DNA of 64,000 bases. It comes from Lama glama (Eukaryota). Below the pieces are notes generated by a model, which had not been told where the DNA came from, did not search any database, and worked only from the letters and a program-made list of their open reading frames with translations. The translations under genes and the position numbers were made by a program. Of the stretch, positions 35,303 to 48,982 are shown piece after piece; the stretch's first letter is position 1; each line of letters opens with the position of its first letter. The DNA lies in NCBI GenBank assembly GCA_028534125.1, contig CM052818.1:62001-126000 (forward strand). The letters run 5' to 3'.

Positions 35303-38300
35303 CTTTGGGAGGTGGGGGAGGAAAGGTGGACCACACAGGTGAGAGGGAGAGAGGCGGGCAAGGAGAGCAGTAAGCCAGCGATTGCATATTCTGATTCCAG
35401 CTTCACTCCAAGGGCTGAGTCCTCTCCCATTGATGGGCATTTCCTGTTCTGCCTGTATTGCAATAGTGCTTTCGTTCCCATTCCAAAGATGAACTCAGAG
35501 AAACTTGTTTTCAAAAGAAGGAAAAAAAAATTAGCAGTGAATCTGATGGGAGAGGGTGCGGCCGCCAGTATGTATGTAATGCTGTCTGTTCCTGGGGGTT
35601 TACAGAACCACAGTGCTTCGGTGAGTCACAGCAGCCAGCAGTGCTGGGACGTGACTAAGTCCTTACAACCCGTCAGCCTGAAGCAGAGCAAGACATATTA
35701 TTTAACCCCTCCGCTGCCATGGCCTGACACAGGAGAGGGCCTGCCCTTGGGTAAACAGCGACTCAAGATGCTCAAGTCCAGGGCGTTGAGAAAAGACCCT
35801 TGAACTGCAAAAATATCTCCCTGGGGCAACAGCAAAAGACCTTTCATTCCACATCACAAATGCCTCTGAGAGAGGTAGCACGTGGAACCCCAGCATTTTA
35901 CAGTTGAGGGGAACTTTGGACTTCAACCAGGCAAACCTTCCCCCTTCACAGATGAGGACATTGAGGCCCACTGTCAGTGTGCAGTGAGAGATTAGCAACC
36001 AGTCAAGGTCACACAGTGAGATAGCAGCAGACAGGGGACTTGAACCTGGGTCTCCTGATGGCAAGCCTATGACACGATGATCTTTCAAGAGTATTGCCTC
36101 TCTATATCTCAGGCAGGGAGCCAGGGTCTCCCGCCTCATGTCTCCTGTGTGTGCCTGCTTTCCTCATGGGTTTTCCCATAATCCCCAAGTTCTACTGAAA
36201 ATTCTCACACCTGGAGTCCTTGAGGGGCTAGGATTTGGATCTGGGTGGAGTCTCCCACTCTGGAGCCTGCTGTGTGCCTGAATGTGGTTGTGTCTCAGAC
36301 ACGCCTAACTCAGGGACTTTGGGCAAGCTATTTAAATTATTTGAATCTCAGTAGCCTCGTCTGTGAAATGGGGATAAAAACAATGGGATTGTGGGAAATC
36401 ACTGAAATAATTTATGAAAAGTGCTTCGCGGGGTGCCAGGCACAGAATAAGGGCTCACCAAACTGTAGCTACTGTTCCCGTGGTGGAAGTATTGACGCCT
36501 CCACAAAGAACGAGGCGTTCCCGCCAGGAGCACCCAGGGAGTGCTGCCTCTGGCTGACCCCCGATAATCAAAGTCCTCATGGGAATCTCTGTCCAGAGTC
36601 TTTCTGTGAAGTCCTTAAATCTCCGCCAGCAATGCAGGCATCACTGTGACCCAAATCCTTTCCAGGTCCCTGATCTATAATTGCTGAAGTCTAAGTGTAA
36701 GAACATCTGAATTGCTGCATCCCACCCGGTCTTGCCTCTGGCAGAAGCAGCAAGAGAGTGTTCAAGGGGGGGGTGGGTTGTCTTCTTAGCATCCTTCACA
36801 AAAAGTTAAAATGCCATCCACCTGCCCCAGATATCTGTCCTTGTCTCGCTTAATAACCAACTGATTCTGTCATACAAGAGTTATCCGAGTAAATGATTGC
36901 CAGAAAATCTTTTATTTTTGATCATTGTTCTATTTGAGCATGTTTAAGCACATATTCTAGAGGAAAGCGATCTGTTAGCATTAACAGAAGTGAGAGAGGC
37001 ATCTGACTGGGGAGAGCAGGCAGAGCAGAAGTTGGGGTGAGGGGATGGCTTGGGAAAAAGGGATTAAGTAAAAGTCTGTGTGCTGAGTATGAGACCCCTC
37101 ACCCCTCCTCTGCTTAGTTCCAAGAATGCTGGGAAGCCAGATTCATATCCCCTAGGAGGGAAATTGGAGCATCTTGATCTGGAGAATTGAATCACACTAG
37201 GAGGAAGACCTCAGATCCTACAGATATTGACATTTGAAAGTGTCTCAGCGCAAAAATCCCATCATTACTCAACTCCCATATAGCAGACCCAACACCTTCT
37301 TGTTTTTTTCTTATCAATTTTATTGAGGTATAATTGACATACAATATGATGGCTCATATTTAAGGTACACAATTTGAAAAGTTCTGACATATGCACCTAC
37401 TCATGAAACCATCACCACAGTCAAGATAATGAGCATATTTGTCCCCCCAAAGTATTATTGCACCCCTTTGGAATCTCCCCTCTTTTTGCTCCCTGTCCAA
37501 TCCTTCATTCTCAGGAAACTCCTGATCTCTTTCTGTCCTATAGATTAGTTTGCATTTTCAAGAATTTTATGAAAATGAAAGCATGCAGTATGTACTCACT
37601 TTGTCAGGCTTATTTCATGAAGCATAATTATTTTGAGATTTGACCATGCCCCTTAAAATAAATATTTTGAAATATCTCCTTTATGATTGAAATGAAATTC
37701 ATAGTTAAAAGAATCAACCTAAACATAATTTTGTAAGAAACAGTATAATGCCCTTACAAAGGAGAAATAAAAGGAATTTATGATGCAACAACTGTGTTTC
37801 ACCGTGAAAGCACATGGGCAGCACACTCTGGAAGACATAATAAAGTGAGTAGTTAGATGTTCTCCTCTTCTTACAATGAGTAAGTTTGAATACTGATGAT
37901 AATTCTTTCATTATACTTGGTTATAGTTCTTATATTTGCCATTTTGAAATAAGGTCTAAATTAGTACATTTTTAATCACCGTGATAACTGCAATTGCAGG
38001 CTGATATCGGCATACTAGTTTTTGTTTTTGTTTTTGTTTTTCAATCTCACTGCCCCTCATCACCCTGAGATTCTTCCTTTTCTTGCCAGAACCTTTGAAC
38101 CCTTGGAGTGGCCAACTTCCCCCAGTCCATTCGTTGCTCTCTGGCTAAGCAGATTCCACTGCAAACCCCTCAGGACTCTGTATTTCTTCACCCTCTTGAA
38201 AATCTTTGGCCAGGCTTACCCCATCAGTTCCCAACTCATGGTCACTCGACTCAACTTTCTCTGCTCCTTCTCCTTGGCTGGAGAGGATTCTTACAGGGAG

Positions 38301-38649
38301 TTGCAGGGCTGGGCGGTCCTGATCAATACAGACTCATGCAGGCCCTTGCTGATGGGTTTTCCCATCTCATTGATTTCCTCCTTCTGCTTAGAGCATTTAT
38401 GTCAGATCTGCTCCTTTCTCCTCATGTTCCCATTTCCAAGTCATTTGTCTAATCAATGGCTAACCAATCTCTTACTGTCTCTAATCAATTCCTAACTGTC
38501 TCTTACTATATGGAAAAACATGGGCTATGTATATCCTCCAGCTTCACCTCTCTTATCTGAGAGGAAGACAATTCTCTCTTCTGCTTTATATTCAATTTAT
38601 TTAGTCTAAAACAAAAACAGTTTGCTTGTTTCTTCAACCTTTCAATACT

Positions 38650-41300
38650 CACCTATGGCAACCAAAAATCTGTTCTCTATATCTATGAATTTGTTTTTTC
38701 TGTTTTTTGTTTTATTTATTTTTTTTAGATTCCAGATACAAGAGAGAAAATATGATGTTTTTCTTTCTCTGGCAGACTTATTTAACTTAGCATAATGCCT
38801 TCAAGGTCAATTAATGTCGCAAACGGCAAGGTTTCATTTGTTTTTATGGCTGAATGATATTCCATTGTGAATACATATACCACAATTTCTTTATCTATTT
38901 CTCTATTGATAGAGGCTTAAGTTATTTCCATATCTTGGCTATTGTAAATAATGCTGTAATGAACATGGGGGTGCATATATCCTTTTCAGTCAATGTTTTT
39001 CTTTTCTTCGGATTAATATCCATAAGTAGAATTGCTGGATCATATGGTAGTTCTATTTTTAATTTTCTTGAAAACATGCAGTTTTCCTAGTAGCTGCACC
39101 AATTTATATTCCCAACATCAGCACAAAAGGGTTCCCTTTTCTCTACATCTCTGCCAACACTTGTTACTAGTCTTTTCGATAATAGCCATTCTAACAGGTA
39201 TAAGGTGATATCTCATTGTGGTTTTGATTTGCATTTCTTTGATGATTAATAATGTAGAGCATCTTTTCATATACCTGTTGGCCATCTGTACATCTTCTTT
39301 GGGAAAATGCCTATTCAGATCTTTGCCCATTTTTAATTGGATTGTTTGATTTTTTGATATTGAGTTATATGAGTTCTTTATCTTTTTTGGATATTAGCCC
39401 CTTACCAGATATACAATTTGCAAACATTTTCTCCTGTTTAGTAGGTTGGCTTTCATTTTGTTGATGGTTTCCTTTACTGTGCAGAAGATTTTTAGTTTGA
39501 TGTTAGCATACGTTTATTTTTGCATTTGTTGCTTTTGCTTTTGATGTCAGATCCAAAAATCATCACCAAGACCAATGTCAAGGAGCTTACCATCTATGTT
39601 TTCTTTTAGGATTTTTATTGTTTCAGGTCTTATACTCAAGTTTTTAACCCATTTTAAGTTAATTTTGTGTATGGTGTGAGATAGTGGTCCATTTTCATCC
39701 TTTGGCATGTGGCTGTCCAATTTTCCCATTGTATATTCTTGGCTCTCTTCTTTATTTTATAAGCTTGGCTCCTTTGTCAGAAATTAGTTGAACATGTATG
39801 TGTGGGTTTATTTCTGGGCTCTCTATTCTGTTCCATTTGTCCGTGTGTCAGTTTTTATGCCAATATGACACTATTTTAATTAACATGGCTTGTAATATCA
39901 TTGGAAATCAGGTAGCATGATGCCTCCAGCTTTGTTCTTCTTTCTCAAGATTGTTTCGGCTATTTGGGATCTACACAAGTTTTAAGATTGTTTGTTCTAT
40001 TTCTGTGAAAAATGCCATTGGAATTTTGATAGGGATTGCATTGAATCTGTAGACTGCTTTGGGTAGTAAGAACATATCAACATTTTTAATTCTTCCAACC
40101 CATGAGCACGAAATATCTTTCCATTTATTTGTGTCTTCTTCAATTTCTTTCATTAATATCTTATACTTTTCAGTATAAAGGTCTTCTACCTCCTTGGTTA
40201 AATTTATTTCTAGGTATTTTATTCTTTTTGATGCAGCTGTAAATGGGATAGTTTTCTTAATTTCTCTTTCTGATAGTTCATTATTACTGTATGGAAATGC
40301 AACAAATTTTGTGTACTGAGTTTGTATCCTGCAAATTTACTAAAATTTGTTTATTAGTTATATCAGCTTTTTGATGGAGTCTTTAGAGTTTTCTATATAT
40401 AATATCATGTCAAATAGTGACAGTTGTACTTCTTCCTTTCCAATTTGGACTTTTCTTATTCTTGTCTAATTGCTTGGGCCAACATTTTCAATACTAGGTT
40501 GAATAAAAGTGATGACACTGGGCATCCATGAATTGTTCCTGATCTTAGAGAAAAGGCTTTCAGCTTTCACCACTGACTATGATGTTAGCTGTGGGCTTGT
40601 CATATATGGCCTTCATTATGTTGAGGTATGTTCCCTCTATATCCACTCTGTTGAGAGTTTTTAATCATAAATAGATGTTGAATTTTATCAAATGCTTTTT
40701 CTGCATCTACTGAGATGATCATATGATGTTTACCCTTCATTTTGTTAATATATCACATTGACTAATTTGCAGATGTTCAACCATCCTTGCATCCTTGGAA
40801 TAAATCCCACTTAATCATGGTGAGTGATCTCTTTAATAGATTGTTGAACTTGGTTTGCTAATGTTTTGTTGAAGATTTTTGCATCTATGTTCATCAGGGA
40901 TATTGGCACATATGTCCACATTCTTTTCTTGAGGTATCCTTGTCTGGTTTTGATGTCAGGGTAATGCTGGCCTCATAAAATGAGATTAGAAGAGTTCTTG
41001 CCTCTTCTATTTTTGGAAGGATTTGGTGTTAACCCTTTGAGAAGGATTGGTGTTAATTATTCTTTAAATATTTGGTTGAATTCCCCAGTGAAGCCATCTG
41101 GCCCTGGACTTCTGTTTGTTGGGAGGTTTCTGATTACTCATTTAATCCCCTTGCTAGTAATCAGACTGTTCAGATTTTCTGTTGCCTCATGATTCAGTCT
41201 TGATAGGTTGTATATTTCTAGGAATTTATGCATTTCTTCTATGTTGTTCAAATTGTTGGAGCATGATTATTCATAGTAGTCTCTTATGATCCTTTGTATT
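38650..41300 (-). mobile_element. LINE-1 fragment of about 2.6 kb (decayed ORF2 RT/C-terminus plus 3' UTR)
   Basis: Minus ORFs [58 protein letters not shown]. Confidence 0.95.
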
Positions 41301-41799
41301 TAATATATTTGAATCACCATGAGTAGGACAACTACAATTGCAGGTGAATATCAGCATATTCGATCACAAGTATGAATGTTGTCAGCGGCATGTCTCTAAA
41401 GGAACAACCTCTCATTAAGTTCTAAACAAGACAAAGCCTGGTCTCCCCTTAATTGACAAGATAGTTGCATTATTAGAAACGCAAATCCATGCATAAAATG
41501 ATTTGTATTTATATGTAAAGCAGAATTGATATACTGGGTCAAATAATTTAAAATGAGCTTTCACTTACACAACTGTCCAAGAGGACGTTGAAAATGGAGT
41601 AGACCACAGATAAGGTTGCCAGATAAAAATGCAATATTTGAGACATATTGATACAAAAAACATATCTGTATATCTGAAATTGGATTTTAACTGAGTGTCC
41701 TATATTTTATGTGTCTAGGCAATGCTAGACACATGGCAGTCTTTGCTGTATGGGACTGCCCTACAAGTCAACCAGCATCTTTGCTCCCCACATGCTAAA

Positions 41800-42760
41800 T
41801 CCTAGCAGGCCTTTTTATTCCTCTGCATTCACAACACTTTGTTACTAAATGTATGTGTTTTCCCCTACACCAACCAATTCTCCCATTTCCTAGACACCAA
41901 CTGAGTGTCCTACAATTCAATTTTGACATTAACTATTCAGAGTTAGTGCAGACCCCACAGGCTAACATCAAAGTCTTACTTGATTGCCTCCAACTTTCAA
42001 CACCAATCACAAGCCCCAGCTTGTCATCTGTGCTTCTAACCAAATCAGGTTTCCCACTACACCCTTCTGAGGTTTGATAATTTGGTATAATGGCTCACAA
42101 AACTCAGGAAGACATTAACTGACATTTAAAGATTTATTTTTATTTGACACAGCATTGTAAAATTACTATAACTCAACAAAAAATGTTAAAAAAAAAAGCA
42201 AGAGTGCAAAGAAAGAAAGAAAGAAACAAACAAACAAACAAAGAATTTATTTTTAAAAATATGATAAAGGATACAAACAAACAGCAAGATGAAGACACAC
42301 AATAAGGTGGATTCTGGAAGGGTCCTAAGCACAGGAACTTCTGTCCCCATGGAATTTGGGATGTCACCTTCCCAACACCTCAATGTGTTCATCAAACCAG
42401 AAACATTCTGAACACTGTAGTTTGGGAATTTTTTTGGCAGCTTCAACATGTAGGCATAATCAATTATAGCCTCAGTCTCTAGCTCCTCTCCCCTCCCCAG
42501 AGGATAGGAGGTGGGGCTGAAATTTCCAAGCTTCTAACCATGGTTTGGCCTTTCTGGTGACCAACCAGCATCCTGAAGCTATCCAAGATGCACCTCACTA
42601 GATTAAAAGATGCTCTTATCATCAAGTTATTCCAAGGGATTTAGGAACGCTGTGTGAGACACTCCTAGCATGCCTGTTACTCAGGAAATTGGAAGGGTTT
42701 TGGAGTTCTGTGTCAGCAACCAGGAGCAAAGACCAAATATGTATTTCCTATTATGTCACA
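41800..42760. mobile_element. MER21-like LTR with nested L1 3' tip (about 42144-42240)
   Basis: caccaaccaattctcc..tgtcctacaattcaa..gttagtgcagacccc..tattatgtcaca. Confidence 0.7.
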
Positions 42761-45060
42761 GTCCCCAGTAACTCTTGCAACTAAAAATCCTCACAACTTT
42801 CAAAATGCCCCTAGGAACTGTCCCTATTGAGAACCACCATCCTACAGTGAGATCACCAGAAGAAACTTACTTATGCACACAGAGCCCTCATCAGCTTTTG
42901 GTGATTGAATCAAACACTATTGAATGAACAGCTAAGGATTCACAGGCAGTTGAAAAAGCCTCCCAAGGTGAAAAAGAGAGAGAGAACACATAGAATTCTA
43001 GATAAAGAAAACAGAAAATTGAGAAGGAAAGCAAATTCTCAAACAAATAATTCATGAAAAATTCTTAATACTAAAAGACTTGAATTTCTAGATTTAAAAG
43101 GCCCATTGAGTGCTAGCATGAAGAATACAGTCAATATCGTAACATTTTAGAACACCTGGGATAAAGAGAGGTTTCTTAAGTGAAAAAAAAAGTTATATCA
43201 AAATGGCTAAGAATAAGAATGGCCATTTCTCAGCTGTAATACAGGAAGCTAGAAAACCTGGAGCAATGCTTTCAAAATTCTAAGGGAAAAAAATAACTTT
43301 CAGTCTAAAATTCTATATGCAGCTGAATTATCAATCATGTATGAAGATAAAGAAAAATTCAGGCTTGAAAAGTCTCAAAATACTTTTCTCCCATGCAATT
43401 TTTTTTTCTCAGGAAGTGATTTAAGAATGTGATCCCTGAAAATGAGGGCACAAATAAATCCCAAAAGAGAAAGACATGAGATCTAGGAACTGGAATCAGA
43501 CATGGGTGACAGTCAAGGGCAGTTTCCAGGATGATGAAGGGAATTTCCAGAGCCATAGCTGCATAACTGGGCCAGAGGATGACAAACCAGCTTGGAACAA
43601 ACTAATGAAGGCAGGAAAGTTATCTGAAAGTTACCAGGTAAGTGATCTGATACATTTAACTATGTGAAAAATCATGTTGAGAAGCCATCCATTGGAACCA
43701 AGACATTTAAGCAAAAGAAGGGAGAGGGGCAGTGGAGGAGCAATTATTAGCCCTAGTAATAGCAGAAAGTTTATGGGAAAGGAAGCATAATTACAATATA
43801 GTCCTTGGCTTTGCAATGAACAGTATTTACATAGTCATAGTAATAGCAATACTGAAAATGAATTTAGCCAAGATTTACAGTATTGGCATAAAGAAGGAGG
43901 AAAAAAGAAAAGAAGAAAGAAAGCTACATTTCACTTAACTTATGAGAAAACCCTAAAATAAGATGCCTAAAATTTATGACTCAAACCAATGACATATGTA
44001 TATCCACAGAAAAAATAGATAAATTGTAAAGAAAAAAGGAACTAAAAATAGTTTTAAAGGCAGCTGTTTTTCTTCATGAGCCTCCTACATGTTTTAACAT
44101 TTAAAGCTGTGTGTGTTTCTTAGCTGAAAGTAGAAATTCATCCCAAGACATTAATATGGCTGTGGTGGAAGTAGTCTGGAAACAGGGTGGGAAGATCTGC
44201 TTCGTTCTGATGCTGAGGCAAAGAAGATCAGTCCCTTTGAAAAGGGACTCCCGGTTAGAAAAAGACCATGGAAGAGGAGGTTTCAGAAAGACCCTGCTGT
44301 GCACACCTGCTGTGGCCGTAATCTTCCTCTTACTCAGCAATTTGCCAAGTCAGCAGGAGCAAGACGCTGCCTTCTTTACTACACAGAGCAACAAAGGGGA
44401 AGTGAGTTGTTCAGTAAAGAGGACTGACAACTGCCTCACTTGGAGAAAGCCTCAGCCTCCCAAAAGCTTTATTTGTTTGTTTGTTTGTTTGTTTCCAAAA
44501 GCTTTAAATTACAACTTTGACTGCACTCATCAGGATTCCTGAAGTTGCAACTAGGACAGAGAGCAGTCGCAGAAGATTCAGGGCACGTGTTTTTCTCAAA
44601 CACAAAGAAAGGCTTGGAGTCAGAGTCAACAAATATTCCCAACTATTGAAGCAGATTTGTGGTGGAAAAAATGACTAAGAGGCACATCTATCACTTTAAA
44701 TCTTGCTCTAAAATGTAGGTTGCCTTTTATATAGAGTGGAGATTAAAAATTATTTAATTACCATTTCAGTTTTAATGGAGAATTTTATTTTGGTAGGAAA
44801 AAAACCCACAAGTGGACTGGGTGGGGTGCCATGGTACTCAGCCATACTTAGGAAAAAGCTGTCTGCTTAGATCACAAGCCCACAGTTCAAACAGGTGGCA
44901 GCCTTACCTACATTACAGACCTGGGGCATAAGAAGGGACATCACCTTATAGCCTCACCATCCTACACCTGGGAGTTGATGAGAAACAGCACATCCCTTTG
45001 GGGCCTATATTCTCAACCTAGGCCATCTCAAGCCAGGTCTGATTATTTGTATATTATTAG

Positions 45061-45555
45061 TGTTAACTGAACACAAGTTCATGTGCCCAAGGGTTCAGTG
45101 AGACCAAACACACTGAAACATTGGAGTTTGGAGCAGAGAAAGGTTTATCACAGGGCTGAGCAAGAACAGTGGCTTGTGCCCCCCCAAACCCTGAGCTCCC
45201 CGAAGGGGTTTAGCAAAGAATTTTTAAAAACCAAGTGAGGGAGGTGGGGTCCCAGGGTATGTGGTCAGCTACTGCACAATTCTCTGATTGGTTGATGTTG
45301 AGATAACAGGGTGGTTAACATGATCGATCCTCGATCGACCAGAAGATCTTGAGGGCTATGGACTGATGATCATCAAGTAGTTGATTGCTTCCATTTAGTG
45401 GTAGTTTTTAGCATCTGAAAAACTCAACAAATATGCATGAGATACTATTATCAGAGAGGACCTACAGCGGGGAATTTGGGGGAGAGATCTGTTCCCCATC
45501 CCACCCATCCCCACCACCACCCCCAGAAGGCCCCAGGGGGTCCTGTTCAGTTACA
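45061..45555 (-). mobile_element. Solo LTR (ERV1-like)
   Basis: Termini TGTTAACTGAAC..GTTCAGTTACA are inverted repeats; 4-bp TSD TTAG. Confidence 0.85.
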
Positions 45556-45845
45556 TTAGTTCATCACAAATTCTGGTTGAGACATTGACATTGACTCGGT
45601 TCAGCACACCAGAGTGTTCTGTGTCCTGATATGTTTTAATAACTATTTTATTAAGAACAGTTGAAAATCTATGAACTAGAGATTAAGGTATTCATTTCTG
45701 AAGAGGTTCTTACCAGACTTTGGTTGGTTTTTCATTACATATTTTATTAACTAGACCTTAAATACCCCTCTGCCCCAAATACATTTGATTTAACTAAAAA
45801 AGACAAGCAGGTGGACAAAGGACATAAACACAGTGTGAGTGTCCT

Positions 45846-46392
45846 GTTGGGGCCCAGGGCAGGCCACTCCAAAATATGCCTCAATGGCATATTGATTATT
45901 TTGAATTAAAATTACTTAAGAAATGGCCAGTGCAAGAAGGACACTTTGACACTCCTTTCTCTCTCCCTGAAAGCAGGAAATAAATCTCCCATGTGATAGG
46001 CACCCTCCGGGTACTGAGAAGTAGAAAGACATTCTTACGACCAGAGAGACAGAGAATCCAAGACCGAGAAGACCGTATAAAGAAACTTTGTTACTTCTTT
46101 ACTAATTTACTGCCCAAGCCCAAACTTTGCTTAAATTTCTTACTAATTAAGCACCCAAAGCCAAGTTCCTTTGTCCTGTCAATTCCTCTCAAATTAATTG
46201 TTCCTTTGTCTAAAAAGTATAAAATCTCCCTGCTTTGGCCACTCCTTAGGTCCCATTTCTATGAGACCTCCATGCACATGAACGAAACTTGTCGCTTTTC
46301 CTCCTGTTAATCTCTCAGGTGTCCATTTCATTACTAGTACAGCCACAAGAACTCAAGAGTGGTAGAGGGGACAATGTCTTCCTCCCTTGGTA
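45846..46392 (+). mobile_element. Older solo LTR (MER39/MER34-like)
   Basis: tgttgggg..ccaaaatatg..tggcatattgattattttgaa, typical of these LTR families. Confidence 0.65.
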
Positions 46393-46556
46393 GAATGAGC
46401 AGCCCTAAACTCTCAGAGATGTCTTAAATGATTCTCTGTCCCAGCAGGCTTGAAACCACCATCTCAAACTGCAGAGTTCTCTGTGTCCCAGCTGATCTTC
46501 AGCAAAATCTCCTTTCATGATGGATGAAACTTGGAGTTCTCCTGGACTCTGGTTAC

Positions 46557-46658
46557 CGGGACCTGCCTGTGAATCAGGAAGTAGTCACTCAGGGCACTGT
46601 GGGTAAATAAGATGTGAGCATCACGACTGTCCACATCAGTAATCCTTGCAGAGGTCAT
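46557..46658 (-). pseudogene. RGS22/RGSL1-like remnant, first coding exon: MTSARITDVDSRDAHILFTHSALSDYFLIHRQVP
   Basis: Kozak context gcccaccATG with an acceptor (cttcttaaag) just upstream, 34 open codons and donor CCG|gtaacc. Resembles recalled RGSL1 MSSAEII..ADFFNTFLSLP and RGS22 ..LVDYFNEFLSLP. Confidence 0.55.
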
Positions 46659-46965
46659 GGTGGGCTTTAAGAAGTTACGTGCATGTGAGAAGGAAAGCTC
46701 CTGCCTCATTCCCCTTTGTTCATTACCTTCCAGCTTCCTCTAGTAATAACATGCTAGCAACACAACTTTCCCCATTCCTCAGGAAACCAGTTTCTTTTCA
46801 GTTACCACTGACACTAGCTACCATTCATGGAGGGGTTACTGTGTGCCAGGCACATGCCTTGTTTCACTCAATTCCTGTAACAACCTCGCAAGAAGAGGGG
46901 TAACATTTTCCAGATAAGGAAGCAGAAGCTTTAAGAGGTAGTAACATGCTAGAGACCTGGTAGAT

Positions 46966-47521
46966 GGCAGCACTATTTACAATAGCCAAAACATGGAAAC
47001 AACCTAAATGTCCATCGACAGGTGACTGGATAAAGAAGTTGTGGCATGTTTATACAAAGGAATACTACTCAGCCATAAAATGACAACATAACGCCATTTG
47101 AGGCAATATAGATGTTCCTGGAGAATGTCATTCTAAGCCAGAAAGAGAAAGAGAAATACCCTATGATATCACTCATATGTGGAATCTGAAAAAAAGACGA
47201 ACTTATTTATAAAACAGAAACAGGCGTATGACATAGAAAACAAACTTATGGTTGCCAGAGGGGAAGAGGGTGGGAAGGGATAAACCGGGAGTTCTAGATT
47301 TGCAGATACTAACTACTATATATAAAAGAGATAAACCACAAGTTTATACTGAATAGCACAGGGAACTATACTCAATATCTTGGAGTAACCTATAATGAAA
47401 AAGAATATGAAAACAAACAATATATGTATATGTGACTGAACTATTATGCTGTTCACCAGAAATTGATACAACATTGTAAACTGACTATACTTCAATGAAA
47501 AACAAATAAAATAAAATAAAA
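46966..47521 (+). mobile_element. LINE-1 3' fragment
   Basis: gcagcactatttacaatagccaa.., 3' UTR and A tail. Confidence 0.9.
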
Positions 47522-48809
47522 GTAGGCTACACAACACTAAATGAATAAATAACAAAGACCATGTAGAGCTGGTGTTCAAACTTACCCAATCTGAGCGGAC
47601 ATCCTGTTTCTGTTTATTTTTCTCTAAATAAACCTGAGTTGGGTCTCTGTCACATACAACCAAAAGGATGCTATCTGATAAAGATTAGTGCGGCAGTGTC
47701 CATCAACCACGGGCAAACCATGGAACCACTAAGCAGCAAGGTGGGCAGGAACTGAGTCTCAGAAGTTTCTGGAGCTGGTGGTTCACAGGCTTCAGGGCTT
47801 CACCCCTCATTTCTGGTTTTGGTTTCTTGCACTGAGTGGTTAATGGTATGCTGGACTAAGGTGACTATTTCTGAGATTACAAGTAATTTTTAATTAGTGT
47901 TTTGTCTAGTTTTTTTGTGGGGGGGTCTGCAATGAATTCACATTTCTTAAATAATTTTTTAAAGTATGAAAAAAAATGAACATCTAAATGCTAACTGTGC
48001 ATCACCACTTAACGACTCATGATCCCAGAAAATATACATGCAGACTCCTGCATGCCAGAGAGTGGACTAAATGTGGATGGAAAATATGTTGAAATGCCCC
48101 TTATTTTTCTCTGTCTCATTTCCTCTTTCCCTTTTTCCTTCACCCCAACTTAAGGGGTAGCCTTTTTTACCTCAGGGGAGGTATGAAGTAAGACAGAAAA
48201 CCAAAATAGCATACCAAGTACCTTCCTGCCTAGCTTTTATTTCCGAAAGCATAAGCACCAGAAAGAGAAGAGGAATTTTAGATGGGGAAGAGGCATGAAC
48301 AGAAAAGAATTTCCTCCATACTAGGAAAATCTCACCAGGAAGAAGAGTTGGAGGCTGATAGTCTCAGAGTATTGACACCAAAGATAAAGCTTTATATATA
48401 TTTTTTGCTAACATTAAATAATTATCAAAAAAATTGAAGCAACTTTCTGGTGATTCATACACCAAAGAACATATAAATTTATGTGGAAAGCATTGGCGTA
48501 AGGCAATATTTCAGCATTACCAACAGAACCACCTAAAAAGTTTTGGAAAGCTTCAAAATGAGGAAAAAGCCATTGAACCAAGGGTCTGGAGTTATTTCTA
48601 TTTTGAAGCCATTCCTTTAACTTTACAGCTCACTAGAGACAGAGAGATTAAGCAAGGAGTGAAGTCCCCCCTTGAAGATGTTTTTGGGACTCTGCTTTCT
48701 TAAAAAGCTTAAGGGAGTTGAACATGTGCATGATAACATTTCCTTTCCCATACAGTTTTCTCTTTTTCCTAGACTTAATAATTGCCTTATCTTTCTATGT
48801 CTCAATTTT

Positions 48810-48982
48810 TTTCTTATTGACGTATAGTCAGTTTACAACGTGTCAGTTTCTGGCATACAGCACAATGCTTCAGTCATACATGAACATACATATATTCATT
48901 GTCATATACTTCTTCACTGTGAGCTACTACAAGATATTGAATATATCTCCCTCTGCTAGACGGTATAAACTTGTTTATCCAC
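48810..48982 (-). mobile_element. LINE-1 3' tip
   Basis: Antisense L1 3' end; TSD CTATGTCTCAATTTT (48795, 48983). Confidence 0.85.

Larger units (their letters stand above)
7060..46658 (-). pseudogene. Candidate decayed multi-exon gene of the RGS22/RGSL1 family (multiple RGS-like domains); probable unitary pseudogene
   Basis: About 20 minus-strand segments have polypyrimidine-AG acceptors and GT donors, and long runs of them are phase-compatible. Conceptual translation gives motifs collinear with recalled RGS22/RGSL1 from start (MTSARIT..LSDYF..VP) to end (YMTD*SFPAAIKS). In-frame stops and frameshifts occur throughout. Confidence 0.6.

Noticed and set aside
38022..38560. ERV gag/pol fragment or plus-strand 157-aa ORF
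   Set aside because: No retroviral motifs; better explained as a decayed minus-strand linker exon, or non-coding sequence.
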